From: Mobula hypostoma
Taxonomy: Eukaryota
NCBI RefSeq assembly: GCF_963921235.1
Contig: NC_086097.1
Span: 245,894,001-245,958,000 of the forward strand
DNA length: 64,000 nucleotides
Reading direction: 5' to 3'
The translations under genes were made by a program, and so were the position numbers. The notes beneath the pieces were generated by a model. It was not told where the DNA came from. It saw only the letters and a list, made by a program, of their open reading frames with translations, and did no database searches. Below, piece by piece: positions 61,340 to 64,000 of this stretch; within the stretch, counting starts at the first letter, position 1, and the number at the start of each line of letters is the position of its first letter.

Positions 61340-62140
61340 TTATGTTTTTTCTCTGCTCAAGTTGGTAAAACCTGACATACAGGCATAGCTAAGCACACTC
61401 ACTTCTCAATTGCTAGGAACTTCCAGACTATTCTAGTGGTGTTTAGTATTGTGGCTTTCTGAACATTTACATAAATAATACTGTGGGTAAGTCTATGTTT
61501 AATACTATTGTGTAGTGACTTTGGGATGATCCTAGTTGTAGATATTACCATTGGGACAATGTATAATTTCATGTTCCATAGTCTTTCAATTTCCTCTTCC
61601 AATACAGCATATTTCTGGTGTTATTGATTTCTGTATGTTATATGGGTTTGAAAAGGCTATATTTATTAAGTAAATTGTTCTTGTTTATATATTATATCCA
61701 GATTGTTGTTCTGGATTGTCCTGTCTGCAATAACAGATCAGTGATAATATAATGTGTAGGACTCTGATTCTAAAACTAGATCAGGCTTGTATTTATAGTA
61801 AAGTATAGTGTCTTGTATGAGCTTGTATTTTAAAACAACATTTTGGTGAACTATGTTTGTCACTTGACTGTGTCTGTGTAAGTAGTAATAGTCGTACTTT
61901 ATGACTATGACTATGACTACTTTCACAGACACAGTCAAGTGACAAACATCGTTCACCAAAATGTTGTTTTAAAACACAAGCTCATACAAGACGCCATACA
62001 AGTAATCAGATTGAGTTAAAGCAGGATCTTGTAATGTGTTGGATTGTTTCTGGTTACTATTGGCATTTTCTGTGTTTATCATCTTGAATTTGTTGGACTC
62101 TTATTATATACTTTTGATTATTTTTGTGTTAGCCACCTGG
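61340..62140 (-). mobile_element. R4/Dong/Rex6-type LINE fragment (restriction-like endonuclease region), with internal inverted duplication
   Basis: ETIQHIT..YLHRHSQVTNIVHQ..YYKYKPD.VLE..DRTI.NN..DII..EEIERLWN..IVP.VIS..VQKA.IL.T.RIV. A CCHC remnant followed by an RLE. Confidence 0.75.
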
Positions 62141-62344
62141 TTGTGTATTATTATTACTATTTTTGTATTTACGCAGCTTGTCTTTGTTTGTGCACTGATT
62201 GTTTGTCAGTCTTTGTGTACAGCTTTTCATTGTTTTTATTGTATTTCTTTGTGCTGCTGTAAATGCCCCCAAGAAACCAAATCTCAGGGTAGTATATGGT
62301 GACATATACCTACTTTGATAATAAATTTATGAAGTTTGAACTTT

Positions 62345-63545
62345 GAAACTCTGGTTGGACCACACTTAGAAAATTGTGTTCAGTTCTGGTCATCCCAATA
62401 TAGAATATAGAAGGATATAGAATATATATAGAAGGATGTAGAAGCTTTAGAGAGAGGAGATCCACTAGAATGCTGCCTGAATGAGCGAGCATGTCTTACA
62501 GAGATTGATTGGGCAAGCTAGGGATCTTCTCTTTGGAGCAGAAGAGAATGAGAGGCAACTTCATAGAGATGTACAAGATGTTAAAAGGCCTAGATCAAGT
62601 GGATAGCCAGAGACATTTTCTTAAACTGGAAATGACTGAAAAGGGCAAAATTTTAATGTGATTGGAGAAAAATTTAGGAGGGATGTCAGAGGTATGTTTT
62701 TTTACACAGACAGCAGTGAGTTCATGGAATGGCTTTCCAGAGCTGGTGGTAGAAGCAGATATATATAGCGTTAAAAGCATCTTAAATAGACCCACGTGAT
62801 GAAAGAAAAATGGAGGGGCATGCAGGAGGGAAGGGAGAGATTGAACTTAGAGTGGGTTAAAGGGTCTAAAGCTTCCATATCCTTCCTGTAATGAGGCAAT
62901 GAGAACTGAACACAATATTCCAAGTGCGGTCTAACCAGGGTTTCATGTTCTATATTATATGAAAGGTATCATGTATGCCTGGAGTGCTCTCCCCTCAAAC
63001 CTCACAACGATTTCTTGGCTCTAGCAAATTTCGACAGATGTATCTTGGATAGCATTCTGACTGGTTGCATCACCGTCTGGTACGGAGGGGCCACAGCACA
63101 GGATCGAAAATAAAACTGCAGAAAATTGTAAACTGTCAGCGCCGTCATGGGCACTAGCCTCCCTATCATCCAGGCACCTTCAAAAGGCAATGCCTCAAAA
63201 AGGCGGCACCAATCATTAAGGGCTCCCATCGCCCAGGACATGCCCTCTTCCCATGACTACCATCAGGTAGGAGATGCAGATGCCTGAATGTGCACACTCA
63301 ACGATCAGGAACAGTTTCTTTCCCACTGCCGTCAGGTTTCTGAATGGATATCGAGCCTATGGTCACTACTTCACGATAGTTTTTTCCCTTTTTCTTGCTC
63401 TCTTTTTGCACTACTGTAATTTAGTTTAATATTTGATAGGTAATTTATAGATTTAGAAACTATGTATTGAACTGTACTGCTGCCACAAAGCAACAAATTT
63501 CACAACATATGCCAGAGATTTTAAACCTGATTCTGATTCAGCTTC
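62345..63545 (+). mobile_element. CR1 3' fragment (62345-62870) and Rex1/Babar-like 3' fragment (63010-63545)
   Basis: CR1 RPHLE/VQFW/LFSL remnants, then SILTGCITVWYG and an AAACCTGATTCTGATTC tail. Confidence 0.7.
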
Positions 63546-63859
63546 CAGCAGTCCGCTCCAAGTTTAACGTCTGGCATCTTATCAATTGGACAACCTCCCA
63601 GCATTCATTACTAACTATTTCAAAACGTGCCATGAAATTAAGACCAGAAGAGATAAATGAAAACTAATAGAAGGTCATTTTGAAAAGATCTTTTAAAACA
63701 CGTTTTGAGAGCAGCCATAATCTGATTTTCACCCATTTTGATATTTTAGGACAACTTCTATTTCAGTGGCTTTGAGCACTGACTAGAAACAGACAATAGA
63801 TGACTATAGCTAAGTTTTATAACACATGCCAACCATAATCTGACAGGTAATTTAAATAT

Positions 63860-64000
63860 CAAACAAGGGAAAATCTGCAGATGCTGGAAATCCAAGCAAC
63901 ACACACAAAATGCAGGAGGAACTCAGCAGGCCAGGCAGCATCTATGGAAAAGAACGCTGAGAACTTTTCGGGCTGAGATCCTTCAGGGTTTCAAGCCGAA
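63860..64000 (-). mobile_element. Penelope-like terminal repeat, runs off window
   Basis: AAAATCTGCAGATGCTGGAAATCCAAGCAACACAC..GAACTCAGCAGGCCAGGCAGCATCTATGG. Confidence 0.8.

Overview
Eukaryotic vertebrate DNA, not prokaryotic. The repeat content (dense CR1 LINEs, HE1/V-type tRNA SINEs, Penelope-like repeats) points to a cartilaginous fish, probably a ray or shark; this is inference. I can support one host gene: a two-coding-exon inhibin/activin beta-A-like gene on the + strand (33336-33717 + 35233-35996, 381 aa). It lies in a CpG-rich domain (~30.5-38.2 kb) whose upstream part is poor in transposons. Most of the rest is nested transposon debris: CR1, Rex1/Babar, L2, RTE, R4-type, Penelope-like elements (PLE), Tc1/mariner and hAT MITEs, SINEs and two short solo-LTR-like copies. 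Most notable: (1) the beta-A-like protein carries many beta-B-type motifs; (2) its stop codon region is triplicated; (3) PLE repeats carry minimal hammerhead ribozyme motifs, one with an intact core at 48911-48946; (4) an RTE-derived repeat may fold as an HDV-like ribozyme; (5) a MITE-cargo-MITE composite recurs three times; (6) a ~190-bp fold-back is built around a Rex1-type tail. I cannot show that any of these is a new system. Family names and comparisons with human proteins come from recalled motifs, not searches. Boundaries of degenerate repeats are approximate.
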